Part shown: positions 1 to 12,416 of the stretch, in pieces
How the letters are laid out: each line of letters begins with the position of its first letter
How positions within the stretch are numbered: position 1 is the first letter of the stretch
Source: Phallusia mammillata
Taxonomy: Eukaryota
NCBI GenBank assembly: GCA_965637545.1
Contig: OZ281494.1
Location: forward strand, 9,920,001 to 9,984,000
Direction of reading: 5' to 3'
DNA: 64,000 nucleotides
Notes under the pieces: generated by a model
The model's database searches: none
The model's input: the letters and a program-made list of their open reading frames with translations, nothing else
What the model was told of the DNA's origin: nothing
Program-made: the position numbers and the translations under genes

Positions 1-239
1 ATTGCCAACTGATTTAGTGCGTATTTTTTTCTCAACGGTTTTCATTTTTTATTATGCATTGCTGATCGAAATTATTGTTATCATTCACTCTAGAATGTTT
101 ATGTGACATTTCTGGTTGGTGAGGTGTCGCAAATGTTTTGAAGTATAAAATGGGTACCACAGCTCAAAACAGGTTGAAAACCAGTGAACCAAACGATAAT
201 AATTTTGTTTGCCAGGGATAAAATCATTATAGAATCGGT

Positions 240-3200
240 TTAAAGGTTCGTCCACTGACCATTTTCTTTGTCTCCTGACTTCCCTTTCATGCTACTTCGC
301 GTCACAGGTCGTGAACGTTCACTCCTGAAAACACAAAAACAACATTGACAAGTTTAATAGACCCTTAGCACACTATTTCCTGTTAAATATTTTCCACAAG
401 AAAATCACAGTAATGGTTTGTAAAATTTTACCGTTTTGACAATAGCTGTTGTCAACAGTGAGTTTTACTAGTCATTAGTTTTCGTTTTGCAACGACAAGT
501 GCCTAATATGTGTTTTCGATTTAGCTTTATTTCTAAAGTTTTTTCGAGTCATTCCTGGTGAGGAGAGGCTTACCGGCGAAAATACTTTAAAAGCTAAATT
601 TTCCGCTTTTTAAACGAAAAGTCTTACCCAGCAGTGCTTGAAATTTTCCTTTGACTTCTGACGCTGGCTGTAAAAATATATTTTTAGTTATATATGACAT
701 GGAAATCAAAGTAGGTTTCATAGAGTTCAGAACTATACGGCACAAACCAAACGTCTGCAAGCGTTGGCAGATTCAGTATAGAACAAATTTCCAGCGAAGT
801 TGAATAAAACGTATTCATTTTATGACAAAAGTTTTTTGTCGAAACGTCTGTTCAATAAAATGACCGTGTCTTCTGTACCTAAGTTCGTTGGCAGATGATT
901 GCACAAAAATTATATTAATCATATAAAGTGTTTTTGCCATTTCAAACAAAACGTTTTCGGGATTTTTGCCAAGATTTCTCATTTTGGAAGTGATTTGAAC
1001 CCACGTAATTCCAACTCACTGCACGGGTCGTCAATAAATTTGCAACAACAAATTACGTCGGCGGAACAAGACAAAAGTTTCAAACCTGTTTCGACTTTCG
1101 ACTCCTTCTTGGGCAAAGTGTCCAAGCCTCGTGTTGGTCGGTTCACAGCGAACCACTGATCTACAGAATTTGCCGGTTCTGGCTCCTGAAAGTTTTGGGA
1201 AAATTTACTTACATAGATACTTACATCAGACAAGTCTTGCAAATACCGGTAGGTGGCGCAAAGAGCACTGGTGAATATATAAAGCGAAAATTCTGCAAAA
1301 CGCTAAGGGTCAGTGCCATTTCTGTTGCGGTGAGGTTTTATACTAAAAATTAAAAAAAAAACTTCTAAGAAAGGATAGGGTCTAATATCAATGCAACTTG
1401 CGGAGAGGTTTTATAAAAAATCTTCCAACAAAATCAGTTAATCTTCAGACACACACTGTTTCAAAAGAGAGACACTGTGTTGGTTTATTTGTCTGCAAAT
1501 ATCATTTTTCTGGAAAACATTTATGGCAGGTAACATATTTTTACAGAATTTATAAATAAGGATGAGGTTTTGCCTCAAGTTGCATTGATAAGTTATAAAA
1601 AAGTTCTAACCTTTCTTAGGAATTAAAAGGTTTTGTGGTGTCAAACGTTACTTATGCCGAAAAACATGGCTCACTGCACTTTGTAAACATGTTTCAATAT
1701 TCTGGGAAGAAAATACAAGCCAATATTGGTGTATAAAATAACGCAGTGTTTTACTGCTGTGATCGTCAAATGATATAAAACATGCGATTTACATCACGTC
1801 CGTTCGTTTATTTTATGTTTTATACACAAACAGTGCCTTGTATTTTTTGTTGAGTATATTTAGAACCGTACATCTTATCAAATGGCCCAGGTAACACTAT
1901 TTTTCATGCAATAAACAAACGAATTTCAAGCACATAGAGAAGATCAACAAACCCTTTCGCCGGAGGTTTGTTTTTTCTTGTTTCGGCGCATTGAAGCGTA
2001 ATGCTGAAGGTTCTTGGCTCCGTTGGCGACCACGTGATTCCCTGTTAAGTCAACCGTGAAGCTGGAAGGAGATCTGGGACTTTCGGGTCGTGGAGAAGAA
2101 ACTAGAAAAGCAAACACAAATGTGAGTTCTTTGACATCAGCCTTATACCCAGGGTTGAATTTTTAACCCAGGGTTTGAATTGATTTTTTTTTTTTTAATT
2201 AACTTTTCTTCTGAAAAAAAAACAAAAGTTTTTGAACAACACTTTGCCATATTTTTTGCCATTTGTTCAAGCAATTACTTGTTCAGAGAAAATACTTTGT
2301 GCATCTCACAACAGCTCAGGTCTAGGTTTACTTTTACCTGTACAGGGCTTTGACTTGTAATTGTTGAAAATAAGACAATATAAGGACATTTCTTAGAAAT
2401 AAGGACAATAAAATTTTCTAAGACATGGCCCTTCCAAATACAGACAAATGTTAGATATATATAAGGATGGTATGGCAACTCTCTTTACATCACATTTTTT
2501 CAGTAATTTAAGGACAGCAACTTATAGAACTAAAAGTGGTGGTTTAGTTGAAACCATTTGGGGTAAATCTGTCATTTGGCAAGAAACTGGAGGTTGAAAC
2601 ATTGACACAACAATAAGTCCCACAATAATTTGCTGGGGCTACTACACACGAATCACACAGTTTACAAAAACAAGCTGTTTACTATTTTCTCCTTTCATGT
2701 GATATTGTAATTTAATTAGGATCATATGAAACCGTGAGAAGTTACACAGCACGGGTCACAATTTATTCAGTGCACATAATCAAGAAACAACCACAGTGTT
2801 AACAATGTATCTACAATATCGGACCGAACAAAATAAAAATTAAATGAGTTTGGTAAATCCTGGTCTTGACTTAATTTGACCAGGAATTAACAGATATAGT
2901 TCCATACAATTCAATTTTTTTATAAATCTTTGATAACTTTGATAACTGACCAAATCTTTCATAACTACATGTGTAATTATGTGTTTTTCTAGAAATGCAA
3001 GTTAGTACTGTGTGACTGTAATTTTTGAACTACGTATCAGGGTTGTAGAGTTAAACTTAGGTTTGATGCGCTTGCACTTTATAAGGTGAAGTTGGAGTTT
3101 GTTAAATATTGTTGAGAGTCACGATATGTTTGACTTTTATGACTTTAGGTCAATTAAAAAAAAACAGGAAAAAAATTGTCAAGTGAAAGTTTAAGTCAAT

Positions 3201-5979
3201 ATATTTTGATTGAACACACAACCTACATAAGTACAAGGACCATACTTGTTATGGAGTACTGTACCTAAACTGGACACTTCCTTAGTTGGTATTTTATCCA
3301 GTTCTTCATCTTTCTGTGTTCCTGATGCCTTTTTATGCAAACCTTTGGCAATTTTATTTTGGTGCTGGGCAGATTTTTCACTTGCTATGCTTTTCACATC
3401 ACTATTTGATTTGGCCCTTCTGGCTGTGGACACTTTGGATTCTGTTAAAAGATAGAATTTCACCATTAAAATCCAAACAACGATGGCCTTTTTTGCAGCG
3501 TAGTGCGCACATTTCAACATTCAAAACTGACATTAAAACAGCAAACTAAACTTTTTACCCATTAAAAAGGTGGTTATGCAAAGCCAAACACTTAATACAC
3601 CCAATGGTAACCGTCCGAATCCTTATTTAAAGGCTTTAACTGCAGAAATAGCAAGGAAAGAACCTTTTTACAATACCCTCTCAAAAAACATAGAGTTTGA
3701 GCAGCTTTGGTCCACACTGCATGACATGTGCAAGACGCCATGCAAATCAAACTAGAAATCACCAAACTAACAGTATTTAACAATAAAAAACAAAATACCA
3801 CTTGAAGATGAAGACGATGATGATGATGAAGAGGAAGATGAGGACGAACTTTTAGATGAATCAAATATTGCTTTATCTTTAGAGAGAAGACTTTTATCAT
3901 CATCATGGCTTCTCTTTATTCTAAGAATCTACATGAAAAGATGACACTCAGTTTACTTTATAGCAACTAATCTGTCTTCCCAAAACCACAATTGGCAGGA
4001 CATAACTAACTTCCAAAACACAAGGTCAGAGCCTGAAAACCTAATGTAGAGGCACAAGGTTCAGCATTTTAAAACAAGTTTTTGTTTAAAGCTGCCTATT
4101 TGTTAGAGTAAAACTAGCATGAAATTTGTTTAAGGGCATATACAATGAAAAGAAATGAAAAATCCAATGCTCTTTTACTGTGCTACCAAGCTATGACTTC
4201 CATAACAATTACTCAAAAAAGGATTTGAAAAAGCAATAGCACTAATATTAAATCAAGCAGTTTTGCATACTTTCTGTGAAATACCTGAACATTAAAAATG
4301 TATAGTATTAAGCAATTTTACTTTAAAGGCACAGAAAAAGATGCTTTACCCTGGCAATACTGAATGTCTGTGTGTCATATCCAAATCGAATGGAATCTCC
4401 ATCTTTTAACGTTATGTACACTTGTGGTGGAAGTCGTGTCTCGTTGACAAACGTCTGTAAAAACACAAGGTACATTTGTACACATAATTCTGGGTTGAGT
4501 TATTTGAGATTACTGGTGATCTGTGTTCACAAGCGTCACAGACAACAACCACAACAAAGAAATCTGAAAGAGTACTTTGTGTTTGTTATGTCACAATAGC
4601 CTGTGGTCTTAATGTGCAACTAAAGTGAAACAAAATCCAAGCGACGGCATCCCTCAATAACTTCACAAGGCTTTTAAGCTTAAACTGTCAACAAACTTTT
4701 CTTAAGAGTGCGTCACAATGAAGTAGGGACAATGGTCTACAGAAACACAAATGGCATTTAATGGGGTTGGACCTAAATCTTTCATCAACAAGTTATTTTG
4801 GTGGGTTTTAAGTTTGTTCCAATTGCTAAAATTTTATATTTTTTTGCTTTACATTTAAAACAGCAGTTAGTTCATTACTGCTCTACTATTTCGAGTCCTA
4901 AAATAGTAAAACTTGTTCAAATATTATACACAAATTTCCCAAAAGCTTTTTCTTGTGGTTTTAAAATTTAGCTAATTTTTTGTGGTTAGGGACACAGTTT
5001 GGCAACAATTTACTTAAGTTACTGCTGCACATTACCAAATTAAGTTAATTCATTAGTCATTACAGTGAATTACACAATATTTTGGTTAAGGACAATGACT
5101 TCCTGGGCCACAATCCTCAGTGAATTTCCATTGGTTGTCAAATATCATAAGCGTCAGTCATAAAAAGTAATTCCATGTAAGCCCTTTACTCGAACATTTA
5201 CATAGCGCCTCTAATACCCATGGGGGCAGCTGGAGAACAGATGTTGGTACAAACTGTGTTCAGCCCACTGTCAAGTGATTAGCACAGAAATAATCTCGTA
5301 ATCTGCTCTGGAAACTATTACTTACTCCATTGGAACTTCCCAGGTCCTTGATTCTGAATGCATGCTGTAGTATGTCATAGTTCAGCACAGCATGTTGTTC
5401 ATCAACACTTCTTGACTGTACAAAACATGATAAACAATTATGCAAAAACATACCAGACATATTGCCTTGTTCACTGTTGCAACTGCAGGTCATTATCAGA
5501 ATATATAACATGGTCGGCTGGTCACTTTACAACCTATTTTTGACATGTAAGTTCCTGTTAATAACTAATTGGACTAGGTCAAGTATGTTTATGCCATGTG
5601 ATTGACTACATTATAGATGGATTTCAAAGGTTTTCAAAACTTTTAATCATAGTCCAAATATATACTTATTTTTAAATTGATGTGTGACTTGCCATGTGCT
5701 ACACAAAATTTATTACTGCAAGGTCATAGGAAATTATTTATTACAAAAAACAACACAGTCTGTTAAAATAACATAGCCTGTTAAAATGTTTCATGGCTTA
5801 CAGTCTGGTAATTAACATATTAAACATTTAGCAAGCAAGATAGGATCACATAAAAAACTTATTTTAATCACCTTTAGTTTAACTTCACAGTCTTTTCTAC
5901 CCACGAAAAGCATTTCACGTGGCAGACGATGTCGACTTCCATCGCAGCTTGTTAAATACCAAGCCAATTCACTTGTCAT
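240..5979 (-). CDS. CEP170: CEP170-like FHA-domain protein, short form (~327 aa, 9 coding exons)
   Basis: Exons (minus strand): 5979-5872, 5415-5326, 4454-4350, 3928-3799, 3441-3265, 2101-1953, 1185-1086, 667-628, 324-240. All introns are GT-AG, phases match, total 984 nt. The N-terminus [50 protein letters not shown]...[35 protein letters not shown] closely matches the CEP170/CEP170B FHA domain as I recall it. It is followed by a Ser-rich run and low-complexity sequence and ends ...GQWTNL*. The 3' exons are less certain than the FHA exons. Confidence 0.82.
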
Positions 5980-6904
5980 TGTTCAAAAAAATACAAACAA
6001 CTATAAAATATGCATATCTCTTTCAAGGAATACTGCTTTCTGCAAAAGAACACAATAAAATACTTTTCAAATAAAATTCTTACAATTGTTTGAACTTGAT
6101 TATCAAAAGTAAAAGAAATTTTTTAGGTATTGCTTGCAGAAATTGTGAAAAAGTGTACAAAAAGGGCAGGCCTCCCACTGCATTAATACAAAAAGATGTG
6201 ACAGAATAGAAGCCATGCACAATCACAGTTTTAACAGTGGTCCAATAAAAAAGACTGTGTTGAGCTTAATTATTATAATATAGAGGCAACCTTCAAAAAT
6301 ATGCAAAAGCATTATAATGAAACACAGACCTATCTCAGATAAGTCATGACATTTTGGTTGTGACAGCCAAAGGGCCAGCAGGTTTATTAGAAGAGATGTG
6401 AAAAGTGTTTAACAAGTCTTAGGTTTATTTGATACTTCAGGACTTGGAGGTGATTTAATCCAGAACGCTTTCTGATAACTGGTATGAAGATTCTATGTAG
6501 TCTAACACTAACCTTAAAATACAAACTAGTCTGGGCTGAATATAATTGTGCAGATCAGGATAAAATCACATAAATATGCTGATAGTTAGTGCTAGTTAGG
6601 TTAGGATGAGGTTTTGTAATAACACAACATTACAACCTATTCCCTGGATAAACAGGACCACAGAGTACTTTATCCCAAATTTCCGCATGCAATTAAGAAA
6701 GTTACCAGCATTTTTTTCGAAACCAACGTGCTGATGCAGACTGGAATTTAACAATGTCCTGATGTTCAGCAGAAATTCCTGAGCAAAAAAGAAGCCCAAA
6801 ACTGCCAAGTTTTTCGAAAACTGCTAAACAGCATGTGTATAATAATAGTTTTATGGATATTGTGGATTGGACTAGGCGAATACAAACCGTGCTACACCCT
6901 ACAC

Positions 6905-7534
6905 CAGTGGTTCCCAAACTTTTTCATTATTTTGTCAAAACGTTCCTTTGCCATTATTTCGAGGGCTCGCGGTCCTTAAGCTGGAATGTGTATTTCAGAA
7001 AAACGAAAGTTGATTGCAGGAGTTTTGCTAGTTATGCAAAATTGCGCATAATAATGATCTAAACTCTAAAGACAGCTTGTGACATTACAGACAAGACAAA
7101 AAGCGGTCATGTCTAAAACTGCGGGGCCACTAGGATCACTTGGCCCAGCACTTCATACAATTGAAAAACTGCGGGCCCACTATATCCATGGATTGGCCGT
7201 CTCTCGCAGGAAAAAACGGGCCAAGTGCTGGGGCAAGCGGGCCCGCAGTTTTAGACATGACCTGACAAAAAGCAGTACGATTGTGCGCGAACAATTGCAT
7301 TTTTGATAGTTGTCATTCAATAAAGGCCATTGTGTAGCAATGGAGACAGTCGATTTCTCAATTCTCTTGATTTAAACTTATTCAGTGGCACAAACTGACG
7401 CTAAAAATCTATACTAAGATACCAGTAAGTCTAAGCTAAATAAGATTATAGAACTACTTCAACTGCTTCGCGGTCCCCCAAAAATTGCCTCACGGACCCC
7501 TAATGGACCGCGGACCCCAGTTTGGGAACCGCTG
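6905..7534. mobile_element. Non-autonomous hAT-type DNA transposon (630 bp)
   Basis: TIRs CAGTGGTTCCCAAACT (6905) and AGTTTGGGAACCGCTG (ends 7534). Perfect 8-bp TSD CCCTACAC at 6897-6904 and 7535-7542. No transposase ORF. Confidence 0.9.
7104..7264. mobile_element. hAT-type MITE (161 bp) nested inside the 6905-7534 element
   Basis: ~21-bp TIR GGTCATGTCTAAAACTGCGGG / CCCGCAGTTTTAGACATGACC(TG). 8-bp TSD ACAAAAAG at 7096-7103 and 7265-7272. Confidence 0.85.
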
Positions 7535-7882
7535 CCCTACACCATTTAATTTTTTGACATTTGAAGATTTGCTCACTTATAAGTGTTAATTTATACTTGG
7601 TGAAGCTCAAAGGCAAAAAGGACAAACAAATGTCAAAACAACCTTGCTCTGAGAATGTTAACTGTTTTATATTAAAAGGAAACAACTAACATGGGAAGCA
7701 CTGCCTCAACTTGTCAATGTCAACAACTCAACTCTTGATAAACCGTAATAACTTATCCTCACAATGATTGACTTCAATGCTTGCTACAAGTTTATCAAGT
7801 CGCAGTGAAGTTATTCGTTGGTAACTAAGTAACGCTTGAATGATGCCGCACGTGTCCATAGAAATAACAAGTAAAAACTGTG

Positions 7883-7894
7883 TTTCGCGCCAAT
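7883..7894. promoter_or_regulatory. Candidate E2F site overlapping a CCAAT motif, upstream of the CEP170-like gene
   Basis: TTTCGCGCCAAT matches the canonical E2F consensus TTTSSCGC. It lies in the intergenic gap between the SLC16 stop and the CEP170-like ATG, near a CACGTG E-box. This is a motif match only. Confidence 0.25.
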
Positions 7895-8395
7895 AAAATT
7901 CCTCTTTTTTTTGAGAAGCGCCTTTCGTCTTTCGAAAACCAATAACAAAAACATCGAATAAAGTAAATAATTACTGCCAATGCACTTGTCACGCGGTGAC
8001 AACATATATTTGCAGCAAAATAACATTGTAAGTTCACACCGAAGCATGACATCAACGTAAAAGTAAAAAAAGCAACGAGCCAAGTGAATCAAAATGCAAA
8101 CATACAATCAGTGGATTCATTTCGTTGATATAAAAATTTTGAAAATGTGCAGTATATACAGATGACCATTGCATTATAAAACAGAAAGATTTAAATTCAT
8201 TAGGTTCATCCGGCTGTTTTGTTACAAAACAAACCTCGTTTTGTTACATACAAAACAAATACTTATAGTACGTGTTATAAAGACATCGCTCAAAAAATAA
8301 TCACAAACAGTTTGGTCCGAAACTTTTTTGCAGATAAAATGTCTTCAGGTACTCTTAAGAACCCTTTTAAGCCCATTTTAGCAATTTTCTACTTC

Positions 8396-11300
8396 TTATG
8401 TCATGCTATGCATTTCAAGAAGCATGCCAATGTCCTGTTCATCCGGAACTTCTGCAACACCATTTGAACTGTCTTCTTTTCTTTGCAAGTATCTTGCTGC
8501 CGGAATTTCAAGCCACAGCACCAACATGGCGGCAAAGAAACAACAAGTTGCCACGATGAAACTGTACGTATATGATTGCGTTGCGTCAAACAAAGCACCT
8601 GAAACAGTTTTATAATGTTAAACTAGTGTAACTTGACACCAGAGGAGATGCTATGGTGAAACATAACATCATCAAAACTAATACATTTAGGCCAAAATAA
8701 CAAGAAACCCAAGTGTTAATTTACATTCAATAAAACATTATTTTATGAAGTGAGTTGAGTTTACAAAGACGTTTGAGTAGAGCAGTGACAGGAGATGTTA
8801 GTCAGACTGGGCTTTTCAAATTGTGTTTGGGTCAAATCGGGCCAGGTTCGGTGCATATATTATTGTGACCATATGTAGGTTATATAGTACCTGCAACAGG
8901 AGGGCCTATGAGTTGACCACATACGCCGCTGAAGAAAAGGCAAAACCCGTAGGCACTTCTTAGTTGTCGCACGCCTAAAGTGTCCACCGTTACTGGTAGA
9001 ATGTTTCCTTGCCAACTGCCCGAACCGCAGCCGAACACTATACAGTATATTGCCATTGTTAAGAACGAGTTGGCTAACAAGCTGAATGCGCTTGCAATGC
9101 CCATCACTGTGATGTAGATCTTGTGCAAATGAATTCTCCTCAAGTAACCTTTGTCAGCGAAGTAACCCGAGGTCAACTGGGCAATGACTTCAGATAACCC
9201 GATAAGTGAAAGCAACATTGCCGATTCGTATTCGCCGATACCCAAGATTTTAGCCCTTGCTACTGTATGAACCAAAGTGATCGAATAGCCAAATTGTGTC
9301 ATAACTAAGTTTGTCGTGACAACAGCCCAAAGTGGATTCTTTAGTAAAGAAAAGTCCAAGGCTTTTTTCTTCTGGGGTTGGTACACGGGCTCGATCTGTG
9401 GAAAATGGTCCACGATAAGCGATTCGGTAATGCCGTATTCAGTGACTCTTTTTTCAATCTCTTTTTGCTGCTGTTTTAAGCGTTGCTTTTCAGCGAGAGC
9501 TCGTCTTGCAACCAGTTTGTAGCCTTCCTCAGCGTTGTTAAACGACTCTTCGTTTACGCTAGGTGGCATGATGCTATCCCTGTGCCGTTGCAGGGTTTCC
9601 CTATGGTCGAACTTGAGTTCATCTTTTAACCTTACTGGCCGGAGAAGCAAGGCACAGGCGAACAGATGAAGCTCCATTCCAGCAACAACTAGTAGACAAC
9701 CTTGCCAACCGTACAAGTCGACTAGCAGTTGTAGAACTGGGGCGAGAAAGAAAGTTGCCCCGCCTCCGGACCGAGATAGACCGTTTGCAAGAGATCGTTT
9801 GGTTTTGAAGTATCGGCCGATCATCGTAAGAGCGGGCAAAGAAGCCAGCGCAAATCCGAATCCTGAAACAAATAAGTGAACGTTTGTTTTGGTATGTTTA
9901 TGGAATGCCTGGCAGCACGACACATGGAATCGCGCAATTTGGATAATGGTCTTTTGTACAGTGTGGGCTTATAGCACTTAAGTTGTCAGTTAAGATAAAC
10001 ATAAACTAATAACTGGGATCAGCCCTAAAGCGTACATGTAGATTGTAGACCAACAAACAGGACACAGACATATGTAAATCATAGTACGCCAGACATTTTA
10101 AAGGCGTCATGCCGACTCAGCAGGTCACCAAGCATTCTTATATGTCAAGGCGTTAACGTAGGGCACAATGGGGATGCAAGTTGATTTTGCCATATGGGAA
10201 TGCTTGGTGATTGACTGGTTCAGTATGGTGCATTAAATAGGCCTGGCTTAATATGATTTAATATTATGCATGCTGCATTTCGTTGCAAGCTCAAGCTGCT
10301 GAAAATCGCATTTCAGGCAAGATAGAGCAACGAAATGTTTACCTGAGACGCATCCGAGGGAGACATACAAGTAGTAGGGTGAGGTGGCAAACATGCTGAT
10401 GATCAGACCAATCGTAACGAGTGTAGCTCCCCAAGCAACAACCTTCCTTTCGCCGTATTTGTTGCTTAAAGCTGCCGCCAACGGAGCTGAAATACAATTT
10501 ATTGGCGTTCCCGTATAGACTTAACATATGTACAGCTAAAGAACAAATACGCGCTACTTTTGATAGGACTTCATCGTACTTTTTGGATCTGCCTGTTTTG
10601 ATATAAGTTGATGGTTTAAAAATAAAGCTTTTAATATGTTCAAGGGAATGTAAATGATTTTACTTCGTTTTAAAAGATAAACACCAAGAAAGGTAAAATG
10701 ATTTGACCAATGTTTGTGACCATTCTAAATTGTTGTTTATTCTAAAAACTCGTTTTGGCATCATTGCTATCTGACACACCTGGTTAATATAACTCAGGCA
10801 AATGTACACGTAATTTTAAAATACCATACTGCTTGGCAACTGTTGTAACGGCAATTTTTTGAGGTAGACTAAACAAACGAATTAAACAGAGAAGAGTCTC
10901 ACCAGCCGAGGCGCGCATGGAAAGCGAGATGGAATTGATCCACGAGATGGCGCCAGCACTCCCCTGAAAGTAAGTTCGGAATTCTGGGAAAAGAACGCCC
11001 AGGGATTTAAGCATTCCAATCACCAGGCAGTTGTCAATCCACACTGCCACGACGACCACCCATCCCCAGCCTCCATCAGGCGGTTCAACGTATCTGAATG
11101 GAACACATTTTCGAACGGTTTCGTACAAAAATGTAGCATGTCAGCGACCAATAAAGTAATGCTGCATTAGTTTTGTAATGGGGGAACTAAAGTAATCGAT
11201 AAGTTCGTTAGAGCTAGACGATTTTTATCGGTATGTATTAAACCATCAATAGTGAGACGTTTTAAAAAAGTTACAGTTAAATATATGTTAAGGTGAAGCG

Positions 11301-12416
11301 CTGTCATTTAGTAGCATGTTAAAAAAAAACACATCGACCTTGTCCTAACCTTGCTATATGCCCAAAAGTTAGGCATTAGAGGGCATCACAGGCAATCTTA
11401 TTTCATTAGGATTTCAATTTAACATGTCAAATGCCTCATAATGAAGCAACATTAAGTTTAGCTCTCCCATTGGGCAACGTGAGAAATAACATGTAGGCCG
11501 GGTTTATTGAACAAGGCAAAGAGGTTATGTAAGCAACGGGGTTGGGTAATAATTAAACGGGTGGTGCGGCGTCGCAATGTGCACCAGCGGGTGTTTTGAC
11601 GAACTTAATGTTGCCATACAAAGGTCGCCTTATATGACGTGCATGTGTCAATATTTCCCGGTATGGCATGCGGTCAACAAAACCGCGGGCAAACATCAGC
11701 TCGACGTGTGCCGGCTGCATTTCAATCAAAGGGCGGATTTAAGGGCCGATGTGTTGCCAAACGTGTGTAAATAAGTGCAGGGTTTTATGAGACCCGCCAA
11801 GAGGAGGCAACGAACACACTAAATATGCATGTGATATACGTTCACACATTACTTACCCCCAGAATGCTATCTGTAAGGTGGTAATATATAGGTTACTGAA
11901 ATGTTTATAACTCAGTTCATGCGTTTTCGACCCAGTTTGCTGCAAAACAATGCGCTTGGAAATTTCTCGTTGGGCGCGCTTCAATTCAGATTTCAGACTC
12001 ATTTTCAACTGTTCCTAAGGATTCAAAGAAAACTTCGTTCCGCAATTTTTATACAACAAAGTTCATTTAAGCCGAACTGCTGTACATGGACAGGGACATA
12101 AAATAAATGGCCACGCAATAGCAACATTTTCAAATATACATATTTTTTGCTACTGATTTCAACCTAAATTGCGTCACTTGAACCTTGTATCCAACTAAAA
12201 ATCTGAATCGTACCGATTTAAATCTTGTACAACAAATTCCACTTACTTTTTCTCATTTACAATCAGCGGTTGAGGATCGCGCAGTGACGCACGCTTGGAG
12301 TATGACGAAGTGGTTGATGACGTAGAAGTGAGGTGGGGTCTTAGTTTTCCATTGGCGGTGGTTTGAACAGTTGTAGGAAACCTGCCAGCGGTTGTAATTG
12401 CCTCAAACTCAGACAT
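8396..12416 (-). CDS. SLC16/monocarboxylate transporter family MFS transporter (~559 aa, 5 coding exons)
   Basis: Exons: 12416-12247, 11093-10903, 10486-10343, 9862-8891, 8598-8396. GT-AG introns, phases match, total 1680 nt. It has the MCT hallmark PPDGGWGWVVV, the motifs LSNKYGERKV and YFKTKRSLANG, multiple TM helices and a central cytoplasmic loop. The paralog cannot be assigned without a phylogeny. Confidence 0.92.

Noticed and set aside
815-852. Hammerhead-like TGACAAAA-GTT-TTTTGTC-GAAACGTC in a CEP170-like intron
   Set aside because: Stem II and GAAACGTC are present but the CUGAUGA box is absent (ATTTTAT instead). At most a dead relic, so not called.
1363-1620. Degenerate inverted repeat (TATCAATGCAACTTG / CAAGTTGCATTGATA) in a CEP170-like intron
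   Set aside because: Probably an old MITE, but its ends and TSD could not be defined.
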